Assembly: GCA_965644295.1 (NCBI GenBank)
Contig: CBFFRP010000408.1
Span: forward strand, 200,983-264,982
Reading direction: 5' to 3'
Source: Paraphysomonas bandaiensis
Lineage: Eukaryota > Protista > Chrysophyceae
DNA length: 64,000 nt
Part shown: one piece after another, positions 39,076 through 54,458 of the stretch
Layout of the letters: every line of letters begins with the position of its first letter
How positions within the stretch are numbered: position 1 is the stretch's first letter
Position numbers and translations under genes: made by a program
The notes under the pieces: generated by a model
What the model saw: the letters and a program-made list of their open reading frames with translations, nothing else
Databases searched by the model: none
What the model was told of the DNA's origin: nothing

Positions 39076-41075
39076 CTACGTTTCGTTCTCAGATATCACC
39101 TCTATCAATGGTACTCGTTTCGGCTGGTCATCACAATTTTCACTCTGCGCCGGAGTTATGGACAAAGCTTCCAACCCAAGACTTGCATTCGCAACATCAC
39201 TGCTATCTGTGTCATGTAATTGTACAGACACATTCTCTTCTGTATTACTTTCATTATCGCTTTCAGTACTGCTATTCGAACTTGTAGTACTACTCTCATA
39301 ACTTTCACTGTCTTCGTCACAAGTGTACGCTCGTTCAATATCTAGTAAACCAAGCTGCAAATCACCTTTTGTTATAAATTTTTTCACTTCAGCTAATTCA
39401 TTTCCCAGGGCCTTACATACAGAACTTCCATTCTCCAGCCTAGAGAGCCACACACAGTAGTCGTCAATGAACACTTTATTCAGAAGGTAATGTGTTTCGG
39501 TTCGCTCAAATATTCGACGTATGTTCAATAAACACTTCAGCACCATTCGCTGGCCGGCGAGAAGAATTCTAACAACATCAGCAAATATCTTCCTTATCAG
39601 TGGCCACATTCGCAAGTACGGATATATGAGGGCGCGTCTCGCACAGAATACCGCTACTTGGTGTAAAGTAATACTGTCTGATATTGACACTTCAGTGCTA
39701 GTGGATTCGGTACCAATTGCAATTCCTTCAAGTGTCTTCGATTTTTCGCATTTTCTTTCCAAATTGGTAAGTTGAGAACGCGAATTCGAACTTTCGTCGT
39801 TCCGTACTTCGTAGTATTCCAACCAGGACAAGGAAGGGCTTACCCTTGATATGGTGTAGGCAGACTCCACTGTAGGTTCTCCTTGAGTAGTGCGGCAGTC
39901 ATACGCATAAGCAAATAAAATATCTACAAGAGAAAGAAGGACACTGCGCTCTTCGACAGAAGACGAAGGAATTAGGTAAGACCTGTTGTAACGTTGTGAC
40001 GCGTAGGAAGTGTATAGTAGTACAAATACTAACAGCGTGTCGTATGTATAAATACAAATTTCCCACATGTACATTACTATTGCTAAAAAACTACCAGTGT
40101 GGTGAATATATGAGTGCAGTACCTGCGAGGCAACTTTCGTTGTGTCTCCTGCTCATCATCTGAATACCCTCCAATAGCATCGAACACTGATGCCTCACGT
40201 TGATCCTCAACAACCGACAAGGGGGGTTCTGATTCGGCAGAGGGCGGGAGCGCTGTGGTAACACTGTCGCTTTCACATGCACTTGAAGATACAGGCTCTG
40301 TGGCTGATGGAGGGCCCAAAGGGCTCTCAGAAGGGCCAGAAGCTGTAGAATGATGAACCTTTAGCTGCTCCCAGTACATATCCCACGGAGCAGTATACGC
40401 CATAGACTCAATATATATGGCATCATTTTCACCCTCAATCCAGTCACCAATATACCTATCTTCATTAAAATCAACACCTTCTGCTTGTAATCGCAAAATT
40501 CTTCGTTCCCGATAAGGCACTGAGTCAGGACAACGGATACTTATCATATCTACCAATTCATCCCGAAGGTCGTTAAGCACACCTGAGTACCGCTGATTGA
40601 ATCCGTAAGTATTACACCCAAGGGAAATATTCGGAGTCTCCAGGTCATTACTTTCAGAAATACTTTCTCCCATGCCAACTTCTACATCCGCAGAGTCGGT
40701 GGGGTTATCGTTAGTGGTTTCACTCACAACTTCAATCGAAGGAAAAGAATAAGTAGAGTCATCTTTCAATTTCCTCCTTAGCATTAATTGAGACGACAAA
40801 TCGAGACCAGGAAAATACTCCCCTTTATTTTTTTTTGGTAGCGTTGCAATGATGACTCCATTTTCTTCCTCAGGATCGTATTTAGCCGAGCATCGCTCAT
40901 CTTCCTCCACTTCAGAAGGCAACGAAAGCTTTAAGAGGTAAGGCTTACAGAAAAAAGTAAACTCAGTCCCATCTGCGATAATTTCAGCATCCGACACACG
41001 AATATAAGGCACGAATATCTTCACCACAACGCAGTCATCTGACTGAGAGACGCTAAACTTCGGAGTCAAAACCAT
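39076..41075 (-). CDS. SHQ1: H/ACA RNP assembly factor SHQ1
   Basis: MVLTPKFSVSQ...FFCKPYLLKLSLP (CS domain), YGFN, LVDILFAYAYDCRTTQGEPTVESAYTISRVSPSLSWL, RRALIYPYLR, YLLNKVFIDDYCVW; one intron near 39980-40120. Confidence 0.92.
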
Positions 41076-41734
41076 CTGATGGATATCGTTATTGTAAGAG
41101 TCTGATAATCAGGAGAGAGAGGGGCGATCGGCACTATCAGCAAACAATGCGTATAGCACTATGAGAGCTCCATCAGTTGACTGCTACGAACACTGTTGTA
41201 AAGCTTATGACTTGGACTTGTTGGAGTGATAGAGTTACACGGAACCACTCCACACAATAGTCTAAAAGTCGACTTTATGGAATAAAAAGTATGGAATTTT
41301 ACGAAAATCTAAATATAAACTCAGTGATCAATATCAGCCAATCAAGACACATTGAGTAGAAACTGAAAAAAGTTCCCTTTGCCTCCTCAAGATCGAAAAG
41401 ATCATGTCAACAGTGTGTGAAAGATGTTGTGTGGAAGGGAGTGTTGTATACTACTGCCGTAGACTCTACGTACAGCAGTGTATGTATGTAGATCTCGCAG
41501 CATAGCTCTATAAAAAAGAATCCATATGCATGTTTTTTTATGATTCTGTCCTACACATACATACATACACAGCACAGTGTTACTGCAGCTGTATGTACTT
41601 GTCTACTGCACACTGCACTGTGATGTGCTGGGCTGGGACCGTAACATAATCATCACCACATCTCTCATATAGTCACACTGTCTGTGAAATTAATTGCTGT
41701 GGAGTAGTCCGATATAGTCTAGATCAAGTGAATA

Positions 41735-42628
<894 letters not shown>

Positions 42629-43879
42629 ACTAATGCGAGCCCACAACTGTTTTGTCTTTTACCGATTACGCCACGCCAGTTCCATATCAACCCCACTGTA
42701 GCTAGGATTCGTATATTGAATTGTGCTGTGTTGGAATGGATGAGTCGATTTCTGGCTTGTTCCTGCAGCTGTGCCCGTTACTTTGAAAGTAGTCGATGTC
42801 GAGGTAGTAATGGTAGTATTCAGAAACAATATTATTGTAGTCTGTTCAGATTGCAACATAATAGCGTGCTCGGTTGGTCATTTTAACATTTAAGCTTACC
42901 GACTGAAACGCATCGTTGTAATGATTGAAGATAATTAGTAAGAATTGTTCTTGTTAAAATATTCGTATGGTCTAAAGTCTAAACTGGTTAATATTGGTTA
43001 ATAGATCACCTACAGGCTTGCGTCACAATTGCCGACAGATATCCAACAACAATAATTGCAATTTGTATCATCCAATTAATTGTCACCATGTCTATTGCTT
43101 GATTTTAGAATAACTTTCTGAACTGTTATAATCTAATCCCAAAGATGCGGATTTGCACACAGAAACATCAACCTCGCTCGCTTCAAGGTCTCCCGAGGTG
43201 TCATTTGCTCACAAAAATGTGTAATAACAAACTATACAAATGCTTCATGCAACGATATCGTGTTGGCAGCTGGAGCGATGCGTCTCTAAATATGAGACAA
43301 AAGCACTCCTATCCTGACGTGATCTACTTCGCTTGGGATTAATTGCACCGCATCAACATCAAAAAACACACACGCAGATGAGTGGATAATGCCATCATTA
43401 TATACCTATTGACCATAACAATATTATCATATCGCATTCACCCTGATGCATTGTTTCGATTCAATAGGCTCTTTCCGACTGGACATTCTCTGCATTGCCA
43501 TTATTTACAAACCCAACCTTATCAAATAATTACTATGATGCCATCCTGTTTAATAAATTATGCTACTAAGCATTGCTATTCCATAATTACTCTAGTTCAT
43601 TGTTGTAGCACACACGCTACGGTTCTTTGGTATGAGTGTATTCATGCACACGCACATACTACTGTTCCTCTGATAATGGCCCCTATAACGTCATTAACAC
43701 ATACGCTATTCTTGAATACATAACTCAGCAATGTGGTCAGGCCTGCGTAACAATTATTTACTGACCACGCTTCACTTTCCTGGATGGAAATGTGCTCAGT
43801 TAGTTCTTTGCCAACGACCTTTGACATGTTATATTACCCTTGCGTGCTGAGATTAAAATGTATACTGACCCTTATACTA

Positions 43880-44045
43880 ACTTTTTCTTTTAATGAGGAT
43901 GAAGAAGAAGATTGCAGTGAGGTTCTAGTTCGAAATGTCAACATCGAGCAGCGTTTGATTGTTGGTAACAGACAGCGAAAGTGAGCACGTCTTAATAAGC
44001 AAAGTCGATGTCGCAGGAGGAAGTACTTGCATACTACAGCAGCCA
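43880..44045 (+). mobile_element. hAT-like transposase remnant, copy 2
   Basis: CAGCGAAAGTGAGCACGTCTTAA matches CAGCGAAAGCGAGCACGACTTAA at about 14790; contains an in-frame stop. Confidence 0.55.
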
Positions 44046-44989
44046 TGCTACTGTATAGCTACTAGAGTACGTAGTCTAGAAACAATGAATAGGGATGGCG
44101 AATATAATAATTATTGCAATTACAATAGACCAGACCCTGAGCCAATTAAATGACATAGGCTTAAAATGAACTTGGTATCTGCATATTATATCATAGTGAT
44201 ATTATAGTGATAGCCAACGGTTTAACCTTGCAAAAAGGTGTACAGTCCTGCGGTTGTGTTGCTTGGGGTATTATTTTTGTATTCTGATATGTATAATAAT
44301 TCATATTATATTATGAGTATAATGACTACAAGCATTACGATGAGTATTTTAGTATAAAGAAGTAGTAGGTAGGTATTTTTTATCAACTTAGATGCTTGAA
44401 TGTTCTAGTAACCACTTTGTCTTCATGCCAGACAGACCAAAATATCATTTTTCTCAAAAATAAGAAAAAATTGACATCTGATCTAAGATACTACTACACT
44501 ATAAGTTGATTACGTGTATAGAGTAAAAGATAATTACTAGCGATAGATATAACATTTAAAAATTAAGTGCTATTTAAGGGTGTAAAACTCGAAAAAAAAC
44601 TAGAAATAAAGTTATCGCCAAAAATTTTAATACAGTATACACGATATACATAACATGCTGTAAAAATTTTGGCGAGAAGTTGGGAAAATTTCAGTTTTCC
44701 AACAACGCTATTTTTACAAGACCTCTTAGTTTATTTTTATAGCTATTATCAGAAACATCATATTGTAATGTCATAATATTTTTTGTGAAAGTGAATAATA
44801 AATTTTATTGCATTTTGCATTGTGGAAGAGGTCGCTGGCATTAACTTTTAAAATATTGATGATCACTACATCGATGTCCATGACTCATTTTTCTGAGTTC
44901 AAAAGTGTAGTTAAGGATAAGAATAACTTGTCAATCTCGCTTGTAGTCAGTTATAATTGCAATTATTACTTGCTGTCTCAATTTCAATT

Positions 44990-45230
44990 ATTGCAAAAAA
45001 TCATATAAGTAGCTATACATGTCGAGGAGACATACTCTTGGGCAAATCAGTCATAACAACCTTAGCTCTATTGAACAACCTTTAACCTTCTTATTGGTTG
45101 TGGCATGCAAGTACTTCATGCTGTGGTAACAAGTTTGCTGGTTAAGTCTTTCTCGCTTTCGCTGCCTGCTACCATCAATCTAACGTCATTCTGAACTAGA
45201 CTCGCATATTCTAAAGTACACTTGCAACTT
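44990..45230 (-). mobile_element. hAT-like transposase remnant, copy 3
   Basis: Reverse complement aligns to 14760-14915 (GTTAGATTGATGGTAG...AGGTTGTTCAATAGAGCTAAGGTTGTTATGACTGATTTGC). Confidence 0.65.
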
Positions 45231-45485
45231 GCAATATTCTCAATGACACTGAAGTTCAATGTTGAACTTGGTGAGGTAGTTCGACGGACGAGTAGTCACA
45301 GATAGTGGTATCAGTGTGGCAGAATCAGGACAGCATCTTTATCATGTTTCTAACCTATAGATTGGCGTATTACTATCAAAGTACTTCATTTTCCCGATAT
45401 ATTGCACTTTATTACGGTAGTGCACGAAAATACTACTGTCATTCATCTGAACTGTATAATACATAAATACAATACAACTTAAGTC

Positions 45486-48400
45486 TCATCTACATTCCTT
45501 TAGATACGCCATCACTAATTTTCCAACGCTAATAAACTGAGAGTACTTTTCGGTGCCTTCAAAGTCCTCTGCACAATCGAGAAGTTCAGCAAGCGAATCT
45601 CCTAAGGCATCATTTACTACTTTATCGAAGTTGTTTCCATGCAACAATAAATTGTGAAACACCTTGATAATAAAGTTACATATAATAAAACCCACACTAT
45701 ATTATAGATAAAGGCATACCTGGCATACAAGGGTTGTTAGAGGCAGATGCTTGAAGGATGAGCGCCTTAAAACTGCAGCTAGATTTTGAGCGGGCCGCTC
45801 CGAGTCAGTCAAGCAACTCAATGCTTGAGGATTAGCGCTGACATTGATCAGTGCCCCAGTGACCGCCAATAGAATCTCGAAGTCGCTATGGCTGAGAAGA
45901 AGAACCAAAGCTTCAGTGGCGCGAGTGACGCACAACGTCTGTATGACGGCGTCGCAGCGCGTCAAATTACCTACACAGCAAATCAATAAGTACAAAGTAA
46001 ATAGGTTAACAATTGAATATCTTTCGATTTCGTTCAAGCATTCTACAGGAGCCCTTACAAACTCACCAAGTGCTCGTGCTGCCTCGAGAACAACCTCTGG
46101 ATTATCGTGGAAGAGGTAGTTCGACAGGCGTGTAGCCATGGACTGTAGGTCCTTTGTGGTATCAGTCGCAGAATCAGGACTGCCTCTGGGACTTGCAACG
46201 GTGTCCATCTGAACTCCATAGTCACAAATTACACTACGATTTCGCAGTAACAATAACACTCAGCTCAATACAATAGCAATTTCGACAACAAATGCACCAT
46301 CAGAGGGTAACATAATCACCTGACAAGAGTAAAATGTGAGGTTTGTGCAAGCTGCCACTACATTCAGCTGAAGCTCGTCGTGATTTCGTCCAACTTCACT
46401 GCAGGCCAAGAGCTCGAGCAACATCTGGTATATAATTTTCGTATAATTCAGAGGGCAAGATGAATCTGATACTGTATATATCCATACCTTCGTAGAATCT
46501 CGGCGCTTGGCGAGCGTTTTTCCGATCGACTCATTAATGGAAAGATTAGCAAACAGGCGTATAAGCTTAACGGTAGCATCCCCTAGCTCCTGCTCAGCTA
46601 GTCCCCCATCATCCCCTTCATCATCACTGCCATGATCAGACGATCTTTCACGACTACTGAATACATCATCCCTTTCGCTAGTTCCTTCGCTATCGTCATC
46701 ATCCATGGAAGAAGTAGAGTAGAGGTGCATCAAACTGCATCCGCATGTCTGTGCAATTTAGATCACCATAATGATTTACTATAATGATTTATTTAAAAAT
46801 ACGGGATGCTCACCTGAAGTATCACAATTAGGGGGCGCAGACACCGACACGTGTTGGCAATCAGGAGTCTGAATATTTTAGAAACGATTACACTAGCAAT
46901 TACACAAAAAGAACCATTATCTGCTCTCTTAGATATATACGGATCACGTCACGCATAAAACAAGAACAAGATAATACTACCACTCACTAAACTTGTACTC
47001 ATACACACTGAGCAAACATCAGAAGCTACCTGTTAGCGTCATTAGTGGTTGTCATGTTGCCTAAAGAAAAAGCTGCCCGCGACAATAAGGGCCACGTGTG
47101 CCACGACGGCCATGAAATTTCATCGTCTCCATTCATGACCCGCAGACACATTTCCGCTTCGTTTAAAATTACCTGTGTTATGGCAGCAATATATCGTGGA
47201 TCAGTATTGAGTTGACTTCGGAATGGTTCTAGAAGAGATATTTTAGCCGTCACACGAACACAGTTCAGGCATAATTCGTGATTAGTCTCGAATAAATTCA
47301 AGAGATCGCAGAGATGGCAAATAGTGTAATTTGACAGCATTTGTTGTCGTCCAACAGAGTCTAGGGCAAAATTCCGGATAGTACCTACTACCTGAACCAT
47401 GATATAGCCCAACTGAGATAAAGTCACAGATTCATCACGAGACAGCGAATTCGATGCGGCGTCAACACCCCTGGCGGTCTTTGCTACTTGTTTCCTGTGG
47501 GCAGAATAAACCCGAATGACAGCCTTCAAACCATCTGACAAAGTTGACATGGCTCCGATGTGTCCTAGTCTCTTGCGGTTTGTATCTTTCTTGGAATAAC
47601 ATCGCATGACGCCTGCCGCATGCACACCTGCCTCCAGGAACATCTTCAGACTCATGCCAGCATTCTGAGGAAGAGTCTCACGCCTTGCTGACTTGCCAGG
47701 TAGAACTCCCATTCCTCCTTTCACCTGGGTCCACACAACCCCCAGCAGCTCCAGAATGAGGTCAATACCACCCCGCACCATGACATCATCGTCTGCATTT
47801 ACTCCAGCTTCCTCCTCCCCTGCACTCGGTGTGTCATCATTCACCGATAAATAAAGATCTCGTGTGGTTCTAAGTAGAATCCGGGCGTCATCTGGGGACA
47901 GGAGTTGAACGTCCACAGGGTATTTTGCCAAGTGCAGGCGTAATATATGACGACAAGTTTGCTGTCGAACCGCACGGCTCTGGGTCGAGTCAAGAATATG
48001 GCATAGTACTTCTACCAATCGATTATAGAGCACTGCAATATATAAAGGAAACATTAGTACAGAACCAAAAATAAAGGTAATTAAAATAATATTCACCAGT
48101 ATTATCCGAAAAAGACACCGATTTCATATACTTCGCAAATTTGTCGACAGATTGGGTCATATTATGCAGCGCGGTGCTCAGGTAGCTCGCATCAACTGTA
48201 ACACTGTGTAGGCATGTCTCAATTAGTGTGAGGTTATCTGATATATCAAGCAAAAGAAGGCTAATATCAGTTCCGGAACTGGAGTGTGTTAAGATGGGTT
48301 TAGAAGTATTAGAAGATCGTGAAGGCTCATGTGAGGATGATGACAAAATATTCGCATATAGAAACGAGGAAGTGTTTGACTTCGGAGCGCTATGAAAGTA

Positions 48401-48753
48401 ACTATCAGATTCCGGGATGTGGTCTACTCTTGCATCCAAACTGGCAGGAGTGACTGGTCGTGATGGCTCTTGAATTGTTGCTCTCGCCTGTTGCGAGTGA
48501 TGAATGAGAACAACCCAACACAGACATGTATAAACAATCAGTGTACATGCACCACAATACGGCATCACATATCTACGCAATAGTATAAGAGCACGCTGCA
48601 TACACGGCACAACAGAACACTCATCGTCACTGATACAACACCACAGCAGAGCGAAGCAATTACCCCGGCGAGAACTTCCGCTATTCTTCCTCTTGATCTA
48701 CTGGGTTTACAGGCCCTCGACCTCCCTCCTGATTCGTTGATATCACCGTACAT
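45486..48753 (-). CDS. ARMC2: Armadillo-repeat protein ARMC2-like
   Basis: N-terminal ARATIQEPSRPVTP; armadillo repeats with LGNMTTTNDANR, KLIRLFANLSINESIG, LNVVAACTNLTFY, EAARALGNLTR and AVTGALINVS; multi-exon. Confidence 0.8.
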
Positions 48754-49058
48754 TACCTCACAAGAGACAGCACGAGTATGACATGTAGCCAATGGAGTGT
48801 GTATATAGAAACGTGTGTAGATGACATGCTTTGATACCGTGCGTGTACTTCACTGTACTATACTCTCATACACACACACACCTACACACTCACTGCGCGG
48901 GGGATTTCATACGTTGATATTCCTAACGGCCGCTCCGTACAACACACATATAAACTATACGGTGTATACTGGTATACGGCCTCATATACTGCTGCTCTGA
49001 GGTGACGGTATTCTATGTGTATGTTGCGTGTACAGTTATAATACTGCTGCAGTATCGG

Positions 49059-49184
49059 AGTCAGCATCTTATTTTTCGGAAATATATTGAAGCAAAAATA
49101 CTCTACATTACTACAATACAACTACGGCTGGAAAACAGATAATTGTTGTCTCAATATTAGAGGCATCCTTGAACAAAAATATAC
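49059..49184 (+). repeat. Dispersed ~125-bp repeat R2, copy 2
   Basis: Matches 30004-30131. Confidence 0.85.
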
Positions 49185-49347
49185 ACATGCGCTTGCCTGC
49201 ATTTGCTTGTTGCTGTGAGCTCGTAAGATATGGGCGGGCTCGCTGCTGTTAAAGAGACTCATCACCTCTCCATTGCTGCGTGCATAGCGTTCATTCATTG
49301 TAGCTACATTGCAGTGCCTTGAGTTAAGTAAATAGATATATCTGACC

Positions 49348-50813
49348 ATGGCGGCGAAGGCCAAGTCAACAGTATGCAACCCGGTCAAGAAGAGCTCTCA
49401 GATGGGACAGCAGTATGTGGTGTGAGTGGTTGATTTGTTTCTCTATTTTACATCAAACTTATCTCCCGTAACAGTTATTCAGTTCAGTCGTCGTTTGACT
49501 CCTCAGATTGTGTTCTTTCTCCTGAATTCACAGTCGAGCGACGATACAATGACTTCGTTGTCCTGCACAAGGAGCTGAGCAGAGCATTTCCAGGGGCAAT
49601 CGTCCCTCCACTTCCTGTTGATCAAATATTTGGTAGGTTTAGACAGGATTTTATTGAAGCTCGAATGCGTGGTTTGGATGAGTTTGTGACCAAAGTTCAC
49701 AATCACCCTGAGCTGTGCTCAGCGAAGTGCTTTCGTATATTTTTGACAGCGCCAGTTTTCGACCAGAATGCTCTAGATGAGATTAAAGATGGCCCTCACG
49801 AGGCATCGGCCTCTAAGTCAAGCTCGTGGCCAACCTGGAAATATAATCCAACCTTAACCGAGAGTCAGGTACAAGCATGAATTCTCGTCCAGCACTTAAT
49901 ATCCGAGTGTAGCTGATAGTATCTTACAGAGCGTGGATACTTCAGAGATGGATTGTAAGGTCGAAGAGATTAAGCACTATGTATCGAATATTGCTGATCC
50001 CACAGAATGTTTGTGCGACCTTATGGACAAATTATTGCAGTGTGAGAGGGACGTTGCCAGGTCGATGGAGAAGTGCGGAGAGTCGTATTCCGCCCTGGGG
50101 TCCATAGACAATGATGCATGTGGACAGAGTATTAGCCAGGTAGCTATTTTATCGCAGTATTGTGAAACTCTACAGAATATTTTGTGCATTTATGTTTTGA
50201 TACATAGCTGATATTCATGGCATTCCATGTTTTCAATACCCCTACACTTATTTAGACGTATGGTATGAAGATACCCAAAAGCTCTTAATTTAGAAATGGT
50301 TCTAATTTTCAGGTTGGGAACACGTTCCGTTCTCTTTCAGCATACACAGTAGAAGATGTTTCTGAGAAAGAAATATGCGCTAAGGAGCCGCTCAACAACT
50401 ATATGAATATCATAAAAGCCATCAAAGCGGCCTATCGGGCTCAGCGGGAGATGAAATCGAAGTACCTGTGTTTAATGGGCGATTTTGAGGGCAAGAAAGC
50501 TGCGTATGATAAAGAGCCAACGGAATCTAAGCTGGTGAAGGTTGATCAAGCGCAGGCAGATGTGGAATCCGCGAAGTCAGAATACGAAGAAGTTTCTCAG
50601 CGGCTACTGGAGAATTTTGAGCGACTCAAAAAGGAGAAGATGGCCGATATGATACGAATCATGGAGGCATTTGTCAGCTTGCAGCTCTCGTACAATGGTA
50701 AACTTGAGGGCGCTTTGTCTAGCTTGGACGGGAAGCTAAACTCCTTGGACTCGCGCCGTGAACCTCTCATTGCTACATCGGCGTCCACAGACGAAGATAT
50801 GACTACCATATGA
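49348..50813 (+). CDS. Sorting nexin (PX + BAR, SNX1/VPS5-like)
   Basis: PX motif VERRYNDFVVLHKEL...PGAIVPPLP...FIEARMRGL...HPEL; helical BAR-like C-terminus; multi-exon. Confidence 0.85.
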
Positions 50814-52227
50814 CTCAAACATACGCAGTCCCAATTATCGCGGCAAATTTATTGATATGGTTAATGAGTATCTCACCTTCACTTATATATGGACATTTGA
50901 TCCATGTGTTTTACCCTTTGATATAAAGCAGTTCTTGTTTTGCACAATTTCGGCGATGCATTCGTCGAAAGAAAGTTGAACTTGAACTATTTGTACTTAT
51001 TGTGTTAGCATCGAAGCGTGGTTGATAGTGATTTGCAATCCATACAATATAATGATTAATTGGTGGTTGTAATGTGTACTTTATCTTAGTTATATGAATT
51101 CTGCGTGTATATGGCATATGACTTAGTTTGTCAATGCACCTTTTTGAGTCATTATTGCGTACAGTACAACCAACTCCTATCTACAATACATCACTGCTAG
51201 CTACTCTCTAAATTTATAGCAATAAAATACAGCAATAGGGTAATGGAAAAACTATGATATCCTTTGATAGTAAGGTCTATATATTTGTATTGATGGGTGG
51301 TTATTATAAGCGACAACCAAATTATCATAAAACATCACAATTTTCACTCATTTCCTACAAAGAAAGTACCAAGTCGTAAAACTCACTACATATGTACTGT
51401 TAACATTTGTTGTTTGAGAGCAATTACAAGCTCTAGTTCTAAGGTATTTGAATTATGACCGTTATATGAAATATGAAGTATACAGTAGTGATTAACAGTA
51501 TTAAATGAACTATTGAGGTGTGATAATTGTAATATAGTTGTGAATCTGAAATATATTGCGGTATAAGATCGTGTCTATATAACCCTAATCGAATACTTTA
51601 GATAACATGAATTTTGCAAATCACAGTGAATGATAAGTTATGTTGATCATAATTTATAAGTAAAAGTATTGAGTGTGATATATAGTAGTGACTGTCTTAT
51701 TATTAGCAATCGGCGTGGGGTGCTTTCTTGTGATGGTACACTATCAAATTAATAGTACGGAAAGTTTCTATCATTTCAATACTACTTACATACTTTTGCT
51801 GAAGGATGAATACAATTCAAAGGTGTCGGCCGTTTCTAACCATATATATATGGAAATCTAACAAATGAAGTTTAAAGCGTTTCATTGTATTATGTCGCTC
51901 GATATCAAAACGACAGGCGACTATAGTTTAGTATTACTCCTGATTACAATTTTGACAGTGCACCTATCACTACTGCCGTAGAAGCTGATATAAAAATCAT
52001 ACTGATTTAATCGCATAGTAAAAATACTTCCCAATACCTCGTTATATATATAGTTTTTATGGGAAGCACTTGTATTACGCATATTCTGCACGCCCAGGGC
52101 TCATCTAGAAGCATATATTGTTAGCCATTACTTTTATCGGGCTATACTACTCGTAAATCATCATCATTATCTTAATATTAGACACGATATTCAATATATA
52201 GATGTGGAGCTATCAGATAAAACCATT

Positions 52228-54073
52228 CTATTCGGTGTCGACGTAGAAGCGCGCAATTCCAGTAGGAGTTCCCATGATGATATCGTTATGTGCACCAGGT
52301 ACAATAAGAGAGGGTTTCATGCCTGTACCATAAAACACAGTCGTGTTTACCATGATTTCTCCTGTATGCGTATCAGCAACAATCAAGTACTTAGTCACAT
52401 TGGGAACATGGTTCATTGACCCCAGCCAGCTGTTGATCCCAGTAGTAACACCCTTGTCATAATCAGAAAGGTATACATGCCCCCTGTCTGCAGCGATGGT
52501 GATGCAGTCCATCTGCCAAGCCCGGATCTCCCAGTGAAGGGAAAGATCATTTGCTCGTCGAGCCTGCACAGAGCGACCCTATGTGTAACGATATTGTCAG
52601 GAAACGATAAGCAGTCGCACAACTAGGAAATCTATAAGTCATACATATTTTTTACACATAAACCACAACTCTTGAGCATAACAATAGTTACCGACACCAA
52701 AACTTACGTGAGTGTCCCACACAACGACGTCTCCTTCAAACGGAGACACTGTCACTGACCAAAACATAAATCCTGGCTGATTGTTCTTTGTCAGCGGAAC
52801 TTTCTTTCTGTCTTCTTTAGCGTTCGAAGTAAGTGATTGGCTGAACATGGAATACGTTTCCCCGGATAGCAGCACTGGAAAAGTGTTGTCAGTAAAGTAA
52901 ACGGTGTTGTTGAAAACGGCAGGCCCAGTGCCAGGGAAGGAGCCAGACCAACGCGATCGATACCTCATGGACCATTCCGTGAGCTCATAAAGAGACTCTT
53001 CCTTTGGGTTCCATCTGTACTGATGACTGTACTCGTCTCCTAACAACACCAGTGCATCTTCTCCATTAGGAAGCGATGAAAGTGACATACGGGCAAACGA
53101 ACATCTCTCCACCAATTGGAGAGACGCCTTTGGCTGCAGAGTGATCGGGTCAATGAGCTTCAACTCCCCACCACCACCGTAATTTGTAAGCACAGTATTA
53201 GTTGAAAAAAATTTAGTGACGTCAAAATGACCACCGGCCATTTTATACACAACCACGTAAACTGCAACCAGCAGCAGGCCGGTTGCGATGAACATAGCAT
53301 ATATGTTGCGTGAAAGAATATTATCCAGTCGGTAGTCTTTATTACGTATAGTAAATGTCGACAAAGTTAGTGCAATAACGTAAACAGCTACTATGACTTG
53401 GGGGATAGTTGGAAAGCGAAGTACCAACATAGCCAGGTCCTCAAATATCATTGCCCACTGCTTGACGACCAATAATCCATCGCGGGTTACCAGCATCCCA
53501 TTTGTCTGGACTAAAGGGCCATTGAGAGATGTGGGAATATCCACAGCAGTAACATTTTCTAAATCACCGTTCCAAAACGCATACATTTTATTGCTGTGCA
53601 CAGCATACACATGACCATTGTCATGCAACAACAAGCCACCAATGTACAATCCTGGATCCAAAAACGTGTGCTGCAATAATCGTAGCGACTTCGAGTCATA
53701 CTTGGCAACATATATTTTATTCACCGGGCCACCTAATGCATACACGAATTCTGCATTCTTTCCTCCCGTATATATCCACTGAGCGTTCCCCATCTCCTCG
53801 TTATCAATGCGCTTCAAGTCACTCGCATGGAAGTGTCTGGGCAAACCGGCTCCGAGAGTGTACTTCGTTCTCGATGAATCTCTGCAGTTACTATAAGCAC
53901 AGTAAATATTATTCACAGAGAGTTAGCTACCCATGATCGTTAGGCCAAGTCGAGTTCGCCAGAGAGACCCCGCGACACGTAGAGGGATCGTATTTCAGTT
54001 CAGCTTCAGCGTTTTGTCCAGAAACAACAGCTACTGTAGCAAAGAGAACATGCACTACCATCCATTTCGACAT
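52228..54073 (-). CDS. Uncharacterised secreted/membrane protein, beta-propeller-like, with two internal TM segments
   Basis: Signal peptide MSKWMVVHVLFATVAVVSG; STWPNDHGDSSR; beta-rich repeats; hydrophobic pair IVAVYVIALTL and FIATGLLLVAVYVVVY; three exons. Confidence 0.6.
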
Positions 54074-54458
54074 CGTTCGTTGATAGTTATGTGGAAGAAG
54101 AGTCTCTGAGGGAGTTTGATGTCCAGATATCTGCATGTGATGAGCTCTGCTGTGATCCTCATATCATGCCTGGCTGCTTGTGTGGTACACACTACGCTAT
54201 CCTACATATACGTATTCCGATACATAGTGTACTGGTGTACAGTGTATGTGTACTGCTGTATGTAGACCCTGAAGTACAATCGAGGTTTTGATGCTTGTAT
54301 TCCGTATTCTCTGTACTGCTGTATACTACGACTGAAGTTCAAACTTCCAACCCTCATAAAGTGTGTGTATATAGCTATACATACATACGTCCATATAGAG
54401 TTGAAGGGGCCAAAGCGACATATATATATATGTGTATATATCCCCAGATCCAGACACA

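Noticed and set aside
44610-44680. Short inverted repeat TCGCCAAAAATTTTA / TAAAAATTTTGGCGA
   Set aside because: AT-rich and isolated, no TSD; insufficient to call an element.
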